From positions 1 to 58,011 of the forward strand of contig JAUXOF010000041.1 in the NCBI GenBank assembly GCA_030682405.1: a stretch of 58,011 nt of DNA, written 5' to 3'. Numbering within the stretch: the first letter of the stretch is position 1; each line of letters begins with the position of its first letter. Positions 9,559 to 18,623 of this stretch are shown piece after piece. Source of the stretch: Thermodesulfovibrionales bacterium. Lineage in GTDB: Bacteria > Nitrospirota > Thermodesulfovibrionia > Thermodesulfovibrionales > JdFR-86. The notes under the pieces were generated by a model. It made no database searches and was not told the origin of the DNA. It saw only the letters and a program-made list of their open reading frames with translations. The translations under genes were made by a program, and so were the position numbers.

Positions 9559-9713
9559 TCTAACACATGTGTTATTTGGATTGGAAATCATCAACTGCCC
9601 TAGTCGAGAATTGTGTTGACAGTCGGCCTTCCGGTCGCCCCATTCCGATGACCTCTATGCGGTCTCCTCTATCACCTCCTCATCGTAGACGAACTGCCGG
9701 TAAAAATCAATCC

Positions 9714-9755
9714 CAGCGATGAAGCCCCAGCGACAGCGATGAAGCCCCAGCGACA
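9714..9755. repeat. 20 bp tandem duplication
   Basis: CAGCGATGAAGCCCCAGCGA at 9714-9733 and 9734-9753, plus CA. Confidence 0.9.
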
Positions 9756-9820
9756 TTGAACTTTTCAACATCCCCGTGTTAGTGTTTTGATACCATAGAA
9801 AATACCATAGAAGGGCAGAC

Positions 9821-10447
9821 ATGAAAGACTATCCGGCGAGACCGGGATTTCCGTGTGAGGAGTCGAAATTCCCTTGGCTTTCGATGCTCCTTGACGCTTA
9901 CGCGATTATTGACAGCGGGGTCGCCCTCGCCATAGACGAGCAGGAGGCCAAGCGCAGCGTGAAGCTGGCCTGCAAGGAGGGCTGCGACAACTGCTGCATG
10001 CAAAAAGACATTCCGGTCTATCCCCTCGAACTCGTGGGCATCTACTGGTTCTCTACTGAAAAGATAGTTCCGCCCGTGCGTAAAACCCTTAAGGAACAAC
10101 TCTCACAGCACGAAAAGAGCGACCCATGCCCGTTCCTGATGGACAATTCCTGCTCAATCCGCCCCATCCGGCCTGTTTCATGCAGGCAGTTCAATGTCCT
10201 CGGCAGGCCGTGCGACACGGGCGAAGACCCTTACTACAGCAGAAGGGGTGATGTCCTGACGCCGCTTGAGGAGTACACAGAACGGGCATTCTCGGCAATG
10301 ATGCCGTTTTACGGCGTATCAGGGGAAGCCGTAAGCGACCGGGCCGTAATAGACAGTATCATCCATGCTCAGGCCGGCAATATTCAGACATATGACTGGA
10401 AAAATCTGGCCCGAATAATGGACAACTTCGACTCTAAAAATATCTAA
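9821..10447 (+). CDS. YkgJ-family (Fe-S/Zn cysteine cluster) protein
   Basis: ACKEGCDNCC...CPFLMDNSCSIRPIRPVSCRQF is the YkgJ/flagellin N-methylase-like cysteine pattern. Confidence 0.85.
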   Translation: MKDYPARPGFPCEESKFPWLSMLLDAYAIIDSGVALAIDEQEAKRSVKLACKEGCDNCCMQKDIPVYPLELVGIYWFSTEKIVPPVRKTLKEQLSQHEKSDPCPFLMDNSCSIRPIRPVSCRQFNVLGRPCDTGEDPYYSRRGDVLTPLEEYTERAFSAMMPFYGVSGEAVSDRAVIDSIIHAQAGNIQTYDWKNLARIMDNFDSKNI

Positions 10448-10494
10448 TCTTCCTGATTTACAACTCCGCACGTATCGGCTAAACTATAGCAGGC

Positions 10495-12516
10495 ATGGAA
10501 AAGTTCCTGACAGTCTGTCCTTATTGCGGCTGCGGCTGCGGCCTGTACCTCCATACGGAGGGAGGCAGAATAACCGGCGTCTCTCCGAGCAGAAACCACC
10601 CGGTAAACACGGGCAGCCTCTGCGTGAAAGGCTGGAACTCATACGAGTTCATCCAGCACCCCGACCGGCTCAAATATCCGATGATAAGGGAGAGGGGGGC
10701 GCTCAGGCGCGCCACGTGGAAAGAGGCTCTCAGGAAGGTCGCCGGAGAACTCAGCCGGATAAAGGACTCCCGCGGCCCTGACGCCATAGGGGTTTTAAGC
10801 TCGGCCAAATGCACAAATGAGGAGAATTACCTCATGATGAAATTCGCAAGGGCAGCCATAGGCACAAACAACATAGACCATTGCGCAAGGCTCTGCCACT
10901 CCTCATCAGTGGGCGGGCTTTCGGCGGCGTTCGGCTCCGGCGCCATGACCAACTCCATAACCGAGATTAAGGACGCAAGGGTGCTCTTTGTCATAGGCTC
11001 AAACACCACGGAACAGCACCCCATGATAGGCATGCACATGCTTGATGCGGTAGACAGAGGGGCAAGCCTCATAGTGGCGGACCCGAGAAAAATCCCTCTT
11101 GCCGGTTTTGCCCGGATACACCTGAGGCACAGGTGCGGCACCGACGTTGCGCTCCTTTTGAGCATTATGAACGTAATTGTAGCCGAAGGGCTTGTTGATG
11201 TGGAATTTGTAAGGAGGAGGACCGAAAACTTCGATGCCTTCAGCAGCCTTCTTGAGGAATACCGCCCGGACACCGGCGAAAGGATTACAGGCGTAAAGGC
11301 CGATGATATAAAGAAAGCGGCAAGGCTCTACGCGTCTGAGAAGCGCTCCATGTTCTTTTACTCTATGGGCATAACCCAGCACGTCACAGGCGTGGACAAC
11401 GTTAAGGCATGCGCGGATCTCGTTATGCTTGCAGGCCACATCGGGCTTCCGATGACCGGGCTTAACCCCCTGCGCGGGCAGAACAATGTTCAGGGGGCCT
11501 GCGACATGGGCGCTCTCCCTGATTATTACTCAGGCTATCAGGCCGTTAAAAACCCGGCCTCAAGGAGGAAGTTCGAAAAGGCATGGAGGAAAAGGCTGCC
11601 CGATAGGCCCGGGCTTACGCTAATGGAAATGCTTCACGACGGGGTAAGGGCGATGTTCGTAATGGGGGAAAACCCCGCCCTCTCTGACCCGGATACGACC
11701 CATGTGAGAGAGCGCTTAGAGAGGCTCGACTTCCTTGCCGTTCAGGACATCTTCCTTACTGAAACCTCCGAGTATGCGGATGTGGTGCTGCCTGCGGCCT
11801 CGTTCGCCGAAAAAGACGGGACGTTTACGAACACCGAAAGAAGGGTGCAGCTTATAAGAAAGGCCGTAGAGCCCCCTCAGGAGGCAAGGCCCGACTGGCA
11901 GATAATATGCAATCTATCAGGGCTTATGGGCGCAAAGATGCATTACAGGGGCACATATGAAATAATGGAGGAAATAGCCCTTCTGACGCCGCACTACGGA
12001 GGCACCCTCCATCACCGGCTCGATGAGGGCTTCGGCCTTCAGTGGCCCTGCCCCGACATCTCGCACACCGGAACGCCGTATCTTCACAGGAAGAAGTTTG
12101 CAAGGGGGCTCGGCTCCTTCACGTCCGTAGGCTACATGCCGCCTGCCGAACTCCCTGACGGCGATTTCCCGTTTCTGCTTACAACGGGAAGAATCTCCTT
12201 CCAATACCACACAGGCACCATGACAAGGAGAACGCATATCATTGAGAGGGAAGAGCCGGTCTGCCTGATGGAGATTAATCCCGAAGACGCAAAAAGGCTC
12301 GGCATAGCAGAAAGACAGGGAGTCAGAGTTAAATCAAGAAGGGGAGAGATTACCGTAACCGCAGCGATTACCGAAAGGACTCCTGAGGGGACGGTGTTTC
12401 TGCCGTTTCATTACAGGGAGGCCGCAGCCAATATCCTTACGAATCCGGCCCTCGACCCGGCGGCAAAGATACCCGAGTTTAAGGTCTGCGCCGTAGCGAT
12501 AGAGAAGGCCGGATGA
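10495..12516 (+). CDS. fdhF: cytoplasmic Mo/W-bisPGD formate dehydrogenase catalytic subunit (FdhF-type, Cys ligand)
   Basis: CPYCGCGC...GSLCVKG [4Fe-4S] motif, ARLCH active-site Cys, PLRGQNNVQGACDMG, AEKDGTFTNTERRVQ, IPEFKVCAV; no Tat signal. Confidence 0.9.
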   Translation: MEKFLTVCPYCGCGCGLYLHTEGGRITGVSPSRNHPVNTGSLCVKGWNSYEFIQHPDRLKYPMIRERGALRRATWKEALRKVAGELSRIKDSRGPDAIGVLSSAKCTNEENYLMMKFARAAIGTNNIDHCARLCHSSSVGGLSAAFGSGAMTNSITEIKDARVLFVIGSNTTEQHPMIGMHMLDAVDRGASLIVADPRKIPLAGFARIHLRHRCGTDVALLLSIMNVIVAEGLVDVEFVRRRTENFDAFSSLLEEYRPDTGERITGVKADDIKKAARLYASEKRSMFFYSMGITQHVTGVDNVKACADLVMLAGHIGLPMTGLNPLRGQNNVQGACDMGALPDYYSGYQAVKNPASRRKFEKAWRKRLPDRPGLTLMEMLHDGVRAMFVMGENPALSDPDTTHVRERLERLDFLAVQDIFLTETSEYADVVLPAASFAEKDGTFTNTERRVQLIRKAVEPPQEARPDWQIICNLSGLMGAKMHYRGTYEIMEEIALLTPHYGGTLHHRLDEGFGLQWPCPDISHTGTPYLHRKKFARGLGSFTSVGYMPPAELPDGDFPFLLTTGRISFQYHTGTMTRRTHIIEREEPVCLMEINPEDAKRLGIAERQGVRVKSRRGEITVTAAITERTPEGTVFLPFHYREAAANILTNPALDPAAKIPEFKVCAVAIEKAG

Positions 12517-13589
12517 AGAAAAACATGCCAGTACCGATAAAAACCGAAGCGGTAAAAGAATGGGTGCTCGATAAAAACCATCTCTCTTACTGGCTGAGGC
12601 AGCTACGAAAGGACTTTGAGCTTGTTGCCCCGCTGAGGGAAAGAAATGACATAGTTTTAAAGAGAATAGACAGGATACATGAGATAGCCCTGGATTGCCC
12701 GGCCTCCATCCCCTCGCCCAAGGAGTTCCTGTTCCCGCAGTTCGAGCCGATGCTGACAAAGGGAACCGATGGGATTTCGGACCTCAGGGACGGCTCAAAA
12801 AGGGTCATCTTCGGTGTAAGGAGCTGCGATGTTTCGGCAGTGAATCTCCTTGATAAGTTTTATTTATCCGGCATTGCCGACCCGTATTATGAGTCAAGGA
12901 GGAAGAACACGCTCTTCATATCCTTAGTTTGCAATGTCCCTGACGGGACGTGTTTTTGCGCCGGGCTCGGCACCGGGCCGTATCTTAAGACAGGGTACGA
13001 CATACAGCTTTATGACCTCGGCGACAGATACCTCCTTCAGGCAGGCTCAAAAGATGCGGAGCGGCTGGTAGGCAGGCATAGGTTTTTGATGAGAAAACCC
13101 TCAAAAACAGACCACGAAGACCAGTACGAGGCGCAGGCCAGTTCAAAGGCGATGTTTGCAGAGCGCATAAGCCTTGAGGGCGCAAGGCAGATGATAACGG
13201 ACGGCAAGGTAGCGGATGATTTCTGGCAGGATGTTGCTGAAAGGTGTTTTGAGTGCGGCGGGTGCGTGTATGAATGTCCCCTCTGCACCTGTTTTAGCGT
13301 GATAGACAGGAAGTACAACGCCGGCCCGGCTGACGAGCAGGTGGAGAGGTCAAGGCTATGGGATGCATGCATGTTTAAGGGGTTTACGGGGATGGCAGGC
13401 GGGGCGCTGCCTGCTGAGAAAAGGATACTGAGGACAAAGAGGTGGTTTTACCATAAGCTCATCTATTATCCTGAAACGCTTGGGGCATTCGGATGCACGG
13501 GGTGCGGAAGGTGCACAATCACATGCCCGGGGAAAATAGACATGGCCTCTGTGGTTCACCGGATGGGGAACGAATACAGCAAGGGATGA
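12513..13589 (+). CDS. AsrA / sulfhydrogenase-beta-like 4Fe-4S dicluster protein
   Basis: FGVRSCD, CNVPDGTCFC, CFECGGCVYECPLCTCF, GCTGCGRCTITCP; ATGA overlap with fdhF. Confidence 0.85.
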   Translation: MKKNMPVPIKTEAVKEWVLDKNHLSYWLRQLRKDFELVAPLRERNDIVLKRIDRIHEIALDCPASIPSPKEFLFPQFEPMLTKGTDGISDLRDGSKRVIFGVRSCDVSAVNLLDKFYLSGIADPYYESRRKNTLFISLVCNVPDGTCFCAGLGTGPYLKTGYDIQLYDLGDRYLLQAGSKDAERLVGRHRFLMRKPSKTDHEDQYEAQASSKAMFAERISLEGARQMITDGKVADDFWQDVAERCFECGGCVYECPLCTCFSVIDRKYNAGPADEQVERSRLWDACMFKGFTGMAGGALPAEKRILRTKRWFYHKLIYYPETLGAFGCTGCGRCTITCPGKIDMASVVHRMGNEYSKG

Positions 13590-14437
13590 ACGCCAATAAC
13601 GTATATACGCCTTCTGAGGCGCTGATAGAGGAAGTCATAACCCTCAGCCGCAATGTAAACCTCTATACAGTCAAAACGAAAGAGGAGATAAAATGGCTGC
13701 CGGGACAGTTCTTCATGGTCTCTGTCTTCGGCTTTGGCGAGGCGCCCATATCGGTTACATCCTCTGCCCGCGAGCCTCTTAAGTTCTGCATAAAAAAAGT
13801 CGGGCATGTGACGGGCGCAATCCACGGCCTCAGGGCAGGGGATACAATCGGCATCCGCGGGCCTTACGGCAACGCCTTCCCGCTGGATGTCGCAAGGGGC
13901 AGGGATGTCGTGATAATAGCGGGAGGTCTCGGCATAGCCCCCCTGAGGCCGCTGATTCACGAATTCATGGAAAACGGAAAGGATTACGCAAGGGTCTTTC
14001 TCCTTTCCGGCTCAAAAACACCCGCAGATGTAATCTACAGTGAGGAATGCGCCCTATGGGAGAAGCGCGGCATAAGGGTTACGCTTACCGTTGACTGCCC
14101 GGACGATAGCTGGGATGTCTGCACAGGCCTCGTCACCGCCCATCTGGACAAGGTTGAGGCGGATTTCCAAAACGCCGCGTCATACATCTGCGGCCCGGAG
14201 GTCATGATAGAGGCGGCAATGAAGGCGGTCTCGGCAAGGGGCATCCCGGAGGAAAGGATAATCACCACGCTTGAGGCGCACATGAAATGCGGGGTGGGCA
14301 AGTGCGGCCACTGCTACATGGGGCCGAAATATATCTGCACCGACGGCCCTGTGTTTTCGTATAAGGAACTCCGGCGGTTGGCCGAAAGGTTCGGCAAAGG
14401 CCACGGCCCACAGGACGACCCGATGTGGGGATATTAG
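13586..14437 (+). CDS. AsrB / sulfhydrogenase-gamma-like FAD/NAD(P)-binding [2Fe-2S] subunit
   Basis: PGQFFMVS, GEAPISV, GIRGPYGN, AGGLGIAPLR, YICGPEVM, MKCGVGKCGHC...ICTDGPVF; ATG 13586 overlaps the upstream TGA. Confidence 0.85.
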   Translation: MNANNVYTPSEALIEEVITLSRNVNLYTVKTKEEIKWLPGQFFMVSVFGFGEAPISVTSSAREPLKFCIKKVGHVTGAIHGLRAGDTIGIRGPYGNAFPLDVARGRDVVIIAGGLGIAPLRPLIHEFMENGKDYARVFLLSGSKTPADVIYSEECALWEKRGIRVTLTVDCPDDSWDVCTGLVTAHLDKVEADFQNAASYICGPEVMIEAAMKAVSARGIPEERIITTLEAHMKCGVGKCGHCYMGPKYICTDGPVFSYKELRRLAERFGKGHGPQDDPMWGY

Positions 14438-14787
14438 GAAATCTCTCTCGGCTCGATGAGGAGTCGGACGCCTTCTACTATCCGGTTGACCTTCGAGCCG
14501 GATAAAGAGCCTATCTTTTCGGAAAGGTCGGATTTATCCACCGTAATCAGCTGGGATATGTTGGCCACGCTGTCTTTTTTGAGATTGCCCTCCCCCCGTT
14601 TAAGGAATACGTTTCCGGGGGCGTTTGCCCGCTTAAGGTTGGAAGTTATAGCGCAGCAGACGACGGTATTAATCCTGCTTTCGTTGAAGATGTTATTTTG
14701 AATAACCACATAGGGATGCCGGTAGCCGGGGGCCGAACCCGAAGTGGAGCCTAAATCAATCCAATAAATATCCCCCTGCCTTATCAA
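14434..14787 (-). CDS. mazF: type II TA toxin, MazF/PemK family endoribonuclease
   Basis: RQGDIYWIDLG...GYRHPYVVIQNN...TVVCCAITSN...SVANISQLITVDK; TTG start overlapping the antitoxin stop. Confidence 0.88.
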   Translation of the reverse strand: MIRQGDIYWIDLGSTSGSAPGYRHPYVVIQNNIFNESRINTVVCCAITSNLKRANAPGNVFLKRGEGNLKKDSVANISQLITVDKSDLSEKIGSLSGSKVNRIVEGVRLLIEPREIS

Positions 14788-15032
14788 TATTTCTCCCTGC
14801 GAATCTTCCTCCTGAAATAGCCCTTACCCGCTTCCCTTGCGGCCTTCTCCTCTTCGGTCTCCTCCTCCAAATAGGCGGCGTTCAACGCTCGTAAAATCTC
14901 CCTTGACCTCATTTTCTCAAGGTATTCCGTTGCGGCCCTGACAAACACCTCGCTCCGAGAAAAGTGGTGCTCCCGCGCGAAGTTTTCAACTTCCTTAAAT
15001 ATCTCGTCCGGAACGGATATGGCTGTTTTCAT
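14784..15032 (-). CDS. ribbon-helix-helix antitoxin
   Basis: MKTAISVPDEIF...SRSEVFVRA (RHH) immediately upstream of the toxin; acidic C-terminal part. Confidence 0.85.
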   Translation of the reverse strand: MKTAISVPDEIFKEVENFAREHHFSRSEVFVRAATEYLEKMRSREILRALNAAYLEEETEEEKAAREAGKGYFRRKIRREKY

Positions 15033-15038
15033 ACTTTA

Positions 15039-15067
15039 ATTATGACCAATTGTAATACTAATGTCAA
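15039..15067 (-). promoter_or_regulatory. sigma70 promoter of the TA operon, leaderless
   Basis: Minus strand TTGACA (15067-15062), 17 bp, CATAAT (15044-15039), 6 nt, ATG. Confidence 0.75.
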
Positions 15068-15107
15068 TACTTTAAAGCCCCCTCTTACCAAACATAATCG
15101 CTATTGC

Positions 15108-15770
15108 TCATTTTGCTTCCCTTATTATGCTGACACCGTTTGATGTCCCGATTCTCGTAGCGCCCGCCTCTACCATCTCCATGACATCCCTTAGGGTCTT
15201 TATCCCGCCTGCGGCCTTAATGCCCGCAGGGGACTCCCCCAGAACCTTTTTTATGAGCCTTACGTCCTCAACGGTTGCCCCTCCCGTGCCGAAGCCAGTC
15301 GAGGTCTTTATAAAATCAGCGCCTGCCTCAAGGCAGACCTCCACGGCCTTTGCCTTTTCCTTGTTTGTCAGGTAGCAGCACTCTATTATCGCCTTATGAA
15401 GAAGCCCCTCGGTAACTAATATCACTCCTCGGAGGTCTCTTTGCACAGTCTGCCAGTCGCCTGATTTTGCCCTCCCTATGTTAATCACCACATCCAGTTC
15501 ATCCGCACCGAGGAGGCCGGCCTGCATGGCCTCATAGACCTTGGCGCTTGCGAGGTTCATGCCCAGAGGAAACCCTATGACCGTTACAACCTTGACGCCG
15601 CTGCCCGAAAGGGCCTGCTTTGCGGTCTGTATGAAATGAGGGTTTACGCATACGGAATAAAACCCGCACCTCACGGCCTCGCGGCACAGCCTCTTTATAT
15701 CCGCTTCGGTGGCATCAGGCTTAAGGAGGCTGTGGTCTATGAGTCTTGCAACCTCACCGCTATTCATCAT
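15108..15770 (-). CDS. deoC: deoxyribose-phosphate aldolase
   Basis: IDHSLLKPDAT, VIGFPLG, ELDVVINIG, GADFIKTSTGF, IKAAGGI, RIGTS. Confidence 0.95.
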   Translation of the reverse strand: MMNSGEVARLIDHSLLKPDATEADIKRLCREAVRCGFYSVCVNPHFIQTAKQALSGSGVKVVTVIGFPLGMNLASAKVYEAMQAGLLGADELDVVINIGRAKSGDWQTVQRDLRGVILVTEGLLHKAIIECCYLTNKEKAKAVEVCLEAGADFIKTSTGFGTGGATVEDVRLIKKVLGESPAGIKAAGGIKTLRDVMEMVEAGATRIGTSNGVSIIREAK

Positions 15771-16653
15771 ACCCCCATATCGAAGGCCCCTGTGCCTTCA
15801 TATGCTCGACATATGCCTTGACCTCCTGCCTGTACGCCTTATGAAGAAGCCTTGTGATGCCTCCGACCGCATACCTTGCATCGTCAACACCGGAGACCGG
15901 CATGACCTCCATCGTGGTATTCGTAAGAAAAACCTCCTCTGCCGAATAGATGTCCTCCCTTCCAAACTCACCGGCCTTCACGGTGAGACCTTCCTTAACA
16001 GCCAGTTCAAGCACAATCCCCCTCGTTATGCCGTCAAGGATTCCGCACTCTATAGAGGGGGTGCAGAGGACGCCGCCTTTAGAGAAAAATAGATTGCTTA
16101 TCGAGCCTTCGGTAAGCGCCCCGGAGGCGTTCAGCATCACGGCCTCGTATGCCCCCCCCTGAGCCGCCTCTATCTTTGCAAGGATGTTATTGAGGAAGTT
16201 CAGGGACTTGATTTCGGGGTTCAGTGCCTCCCTGAGGTTCCTGCGCACCGAGGGTATCGCCACCCTTATGCCGTTTTCATAGAGCGCAGCCGGGTATTGC
16301 TTCATTGCCTCAGCCATAATCACAAGCGTGGGGGACGGACAAAGCTCCGGGTCAAGCCCTATAGGCCCGTATCCCCTTGATACGGTCAGCCTGATGTAGG
16401 CATCCCTGAGCTTATTGGCCTGAAGCGTTTCGTATACCATGAGCTTCAGGGAATCGGAGTCCGCAGGCAGATTAATCCGTATCATGGAGGCGGAGCGGGC
16501 AAGCCTCCTTAAATGCTCATCGAGCATGAAGACAACTCCGTCGTAGCAGCGCATGGTCTCGTAAACCCCGTCCCCGTAAAGAAAACCGTGGTCAAAGACG
16601 GAGACCACCGCCTCGGAGCGGGGCACAAGCCTGTCGTTTAAGTAAACGTACAT
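15760..16653 (-). CDS. PLP aminotransferase class IV (IlvE/DAT/PabC family)
   Basis: VFDHGFLYGDGVYETMR, IKSLNFLNNILAK, EGSISNLF, ILDGITR, EVFLTNT; substrate not resolvable from sequence. Confidence 0.88.
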   Translation of the reverse strand: MYVYLNDRLVPRSEAVVSVFDHGFLYGDGVYETMRCYDGVVFMLDEHLRRLARSASMIRINLPADSDSLKLMVYETLQANKLRDAYIRLTVSRGYGPIGLDPELCPSPTLVIMAEAMKQYPAALYENGIRVAIPSVRRNLREALNPEIKSLNFLNNILAKIEAAQGGAYEAVMLNASGALTEGSISNLFFSKGGVLCTPSIECGILDGITRGIVLELAVKEGLTVKAGEFGREDIYSAEEVFLTNTTMEVMPVSGVDDARYAVGGITRLLHKAYRQEVKAYVEHMKAQGPSIWGYDE

Positions 16654-16808
16654 GCGGTAATTATATCACTAACCGCCGCCTGATGAAGCCCTTAAAGAAT
16701 ACCCCCTCTTTTTCTCTTGTCTATACGGCCTGCCTCGTATAAAATAGTAGATTGATTCGGGACTGCATATGATACGCTTTATGAAAATAACTGCACTGAA
16801 AGGCAGGC

Positions 16809-18623
16809 ATGTCAGAGAAGACCTCTCCTGTTAAGGGCATAGTGCAGGCCCTTGGGCTTGTCTTCGGGGACATAGGCACAAGCCCCATATACACGCTGAC
16901 AGTCGTATTCCTCCTTCTTGCGCCAACCCCTGCAAATGTCCTCGGAGTCCTGTCGCTTGTGGTCTGGACCCTTGTGGCACTTGTTACGGTGCAGTATGCG
17001 TGGCTTGCCATGAGCCTGTCGAGAAGGGGCGAAGGCGGGGAGATAGTTCTGAAGGAAATTCTGCGTTCGCTCACAGGATCCAAAAAAGGGTTCGGCCTAA
17101 TAGCCGTGCTGCCCATAATAGGCGTCTCCCTTCTCATAGGAGACGGGGTCATCACCCCTGCAATCAGCATCCTGAGCGCGGTTGAGGGCGCTGTGCTCAT
17201 ACCCGGCCTCGGCGGGCTTTCTAAAGGCTACATAGTCATGATATCGGCCATAATAGCGATAATGCTCTTTACCTTCCAGAGCAGGGGCACAGAGAAGGTG
17301 GCAGGGGCCTTCGGCCCGGTGATGGGCGTGTGGTTTTCCGCTCTTGCCGTGGTGGGACTGCTCGGCATCGCCGAGGCGCCTGAGGTCCTCCGGGCGTTCA
17401 ACCCCTACCACGCCCTCAATTTCCTCCTTACCAACAAGTTTGCGGGTTTCATCGCTCTCGGCGAGATAATACTCTGCGCAACCGGAAGCGAGGCCATGTA
17501 CGCGGACATGGGGCATCTGGGAAGTAAACCGATAAGGCAGGCGTGGGTAGGCGTCTTTTTCGCCCTCATCCTGAACTATATGGGTCAGGGGGCATTTCTC
17601 CTTGCGCACCCCGGCACAAAAAACATACTTTTTGAGATGGTATTTTACTATGCGCAGTTCCTGTATGTCCCGTTTCTCCTTCTTAGCATCTCGGCAACCG
17701 TAATCGCATCTCAGGCAATGATAAGCGGGGTCTTCTCCATAGTCTATCAGGGAATAACAACAAGGCTCATGCCCATGTTCAAGGTGGACTACACCTCCAT
17801 AGAGAGGCGCTCCCAGATATACATAAGCTCTGTCAACTGGTTTTTGCTCCTTGCAGTCATATTCATAATGATTGAGTTTCAGGAGTCCCACCGCCTTGCC
17901 GCGGCCTACGGCCTTGCGGTCACAGGCTCGATGACGCTTACGGGCATCGTGATGGCCGTGATATTTTACCTGAAGAAAAAGCCGCTCCTCTTTCTCGTGT
18001 CGCTCGCGGTTGCGTTCATAGACGCCTCGTATCTTGTCGCGAACTTCTATAAAATCCCCCACGGAGGGTACTGGTCTCTCATACTGGCCTCAATCCCGCT
18101 TGCGATGATAACCCTTTACATAAAAGGGCAAAGGAGGCTTTACAGGGTGATGGATTTCATGCCCCTTGAGGACTTCCTGCATAAGTTCGGCAGGGTTTAC
18201 AAAATAACCGAGAAGATAAAGGGCACAGCCCTGTTCCTCTTAAAGGACACTGCCCGGATACCCTTTTACATAACCCAGACCATGTTCTTCCACGGGGTGA
18301 TGTACGAGGACAACATCTTCGTCTCCATCATCAAAAGGGACGACCCCTATGGTGTCATCGGTTTCTTTAAAGATGACCTTTCCGGGGGCCTCAGGGTCTT
18401 TGAGGTTCAGATGGGGTACATGGAGATGATAGACGTTGAGGAACTCCTCCGCGAGGCAGGCATTGAAGAGCGCGTAGTCTTCTACGGCCTTGAGGACATC
18501 AGTACGGCAAACCCGGTGTGGAAGGTGTTTTCCCTTATAAAAAGGATAACCCCGCCCTTCATACAGTTTTACAAGTTCCCGCCTAAAAAGCTCCACGGCG
18601 TGCTCACAAAGATAGTAATCTGA
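16809..18623 (+). CDS. kup: KUP/HAK/KT potassium transporter
   Basis: LGLVFGDIGTSPIY, GEGG, GDGVITPAISILSAVEG, GSEAMYADMGH, LAAAYGLAVT. Confidence 0.95.
   Translation: MSEKTSPVKGIVQALGLVFGDIGTSPIYTLTVVFLLLAPTPANVLGVLSLVVWTLVALVTVQYAWLAMSLSRRGEGGEIVLKEILRSLTGSKKGFGLIAVLPIIGVSLLIGDGVITPAISILSAVEGAVLIPGLGGLSKGYIVMISAIIAIMLFTFQSRGTEKVAGAFGPVMGVWFSALAVVGLLGIAEAPEVLRAFNPYHALNFLLTNKFAGFIALGEIILCATGSEAMYADMGHLGSKPIRQAWVGVFFALILNYMGQGAFLLAHPGTKNILFEMVFYYAQFLYVPFLLLSISATVIASQAMISGVFSIVYQGITTRLMPMFKVDYTSIERRSQIYISSVNWFLLLAVIFIMIEFQESHRLAAAYGLAVTGSMTLTGIVMAVIFYLKKKPLLFLVSLAVAFIDASYLVANFYKIPHGGYWSLILASIPLAMITLYIKGQRRLYRVMDFMPLEDFLHKFGRVYKITEKIKGTALFLLKDTARIPFYITQTMFFHGVMYEDNIFVSIIKRDDPYGVIGFFKDDLSGGLRVFEVQMGYMEMIDVEELLREAGIEERVVFYGLEDISTANPVWKVFSLIKRITPPFIQFYKFPPKKLHGVLTKIVI

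Noticed and set aside
9714-9755. CRISPR-like repeat
   Set aside because: Two abutting 20-bp copies with no spacer and no cas genes; this is a simple tandem duplication.
7680-9800. Integron cassette array interpretation of the AT-rich island
   Set aside because: Only one RYYYAAC follows a stop codon, no complementary GTTRRRY lies at attC distance, there are no attC-like sites between the other ORFs, and no intI is present.
10495-12516. Selenocysteine-containing FDH
   Set aside because: The active-site position is a TGC Cys (ARLCH) and the ORF has no in-frame TGA.
12513-14437. Anaerobic sulfite reductase AsrABC or NiFe sulfhydrogenase
   Set aside because: No AsrC/siroheme subunit and no hydrogenase large or small subunits adjacent; the genes are coupled to fdhF instead.
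16660-16808. c-di-AMP (ydaO) riboswitch upstream of kup
   Set aside because: The spacer is short, shared with a divergent promoter, and I could not find the conserved ydaO motifs; an Rfam scan would settle it.
17097-18062. Long antisense ORFs (also 34803-35912, 51800-52669, 53128-53856, 28308-28910 and many shorter ones)
   Set aside because: They lie opposite or out of frame to well-supported genes, have no recognisable motifs, and are expected shadows of GC3-biased coding sequence.
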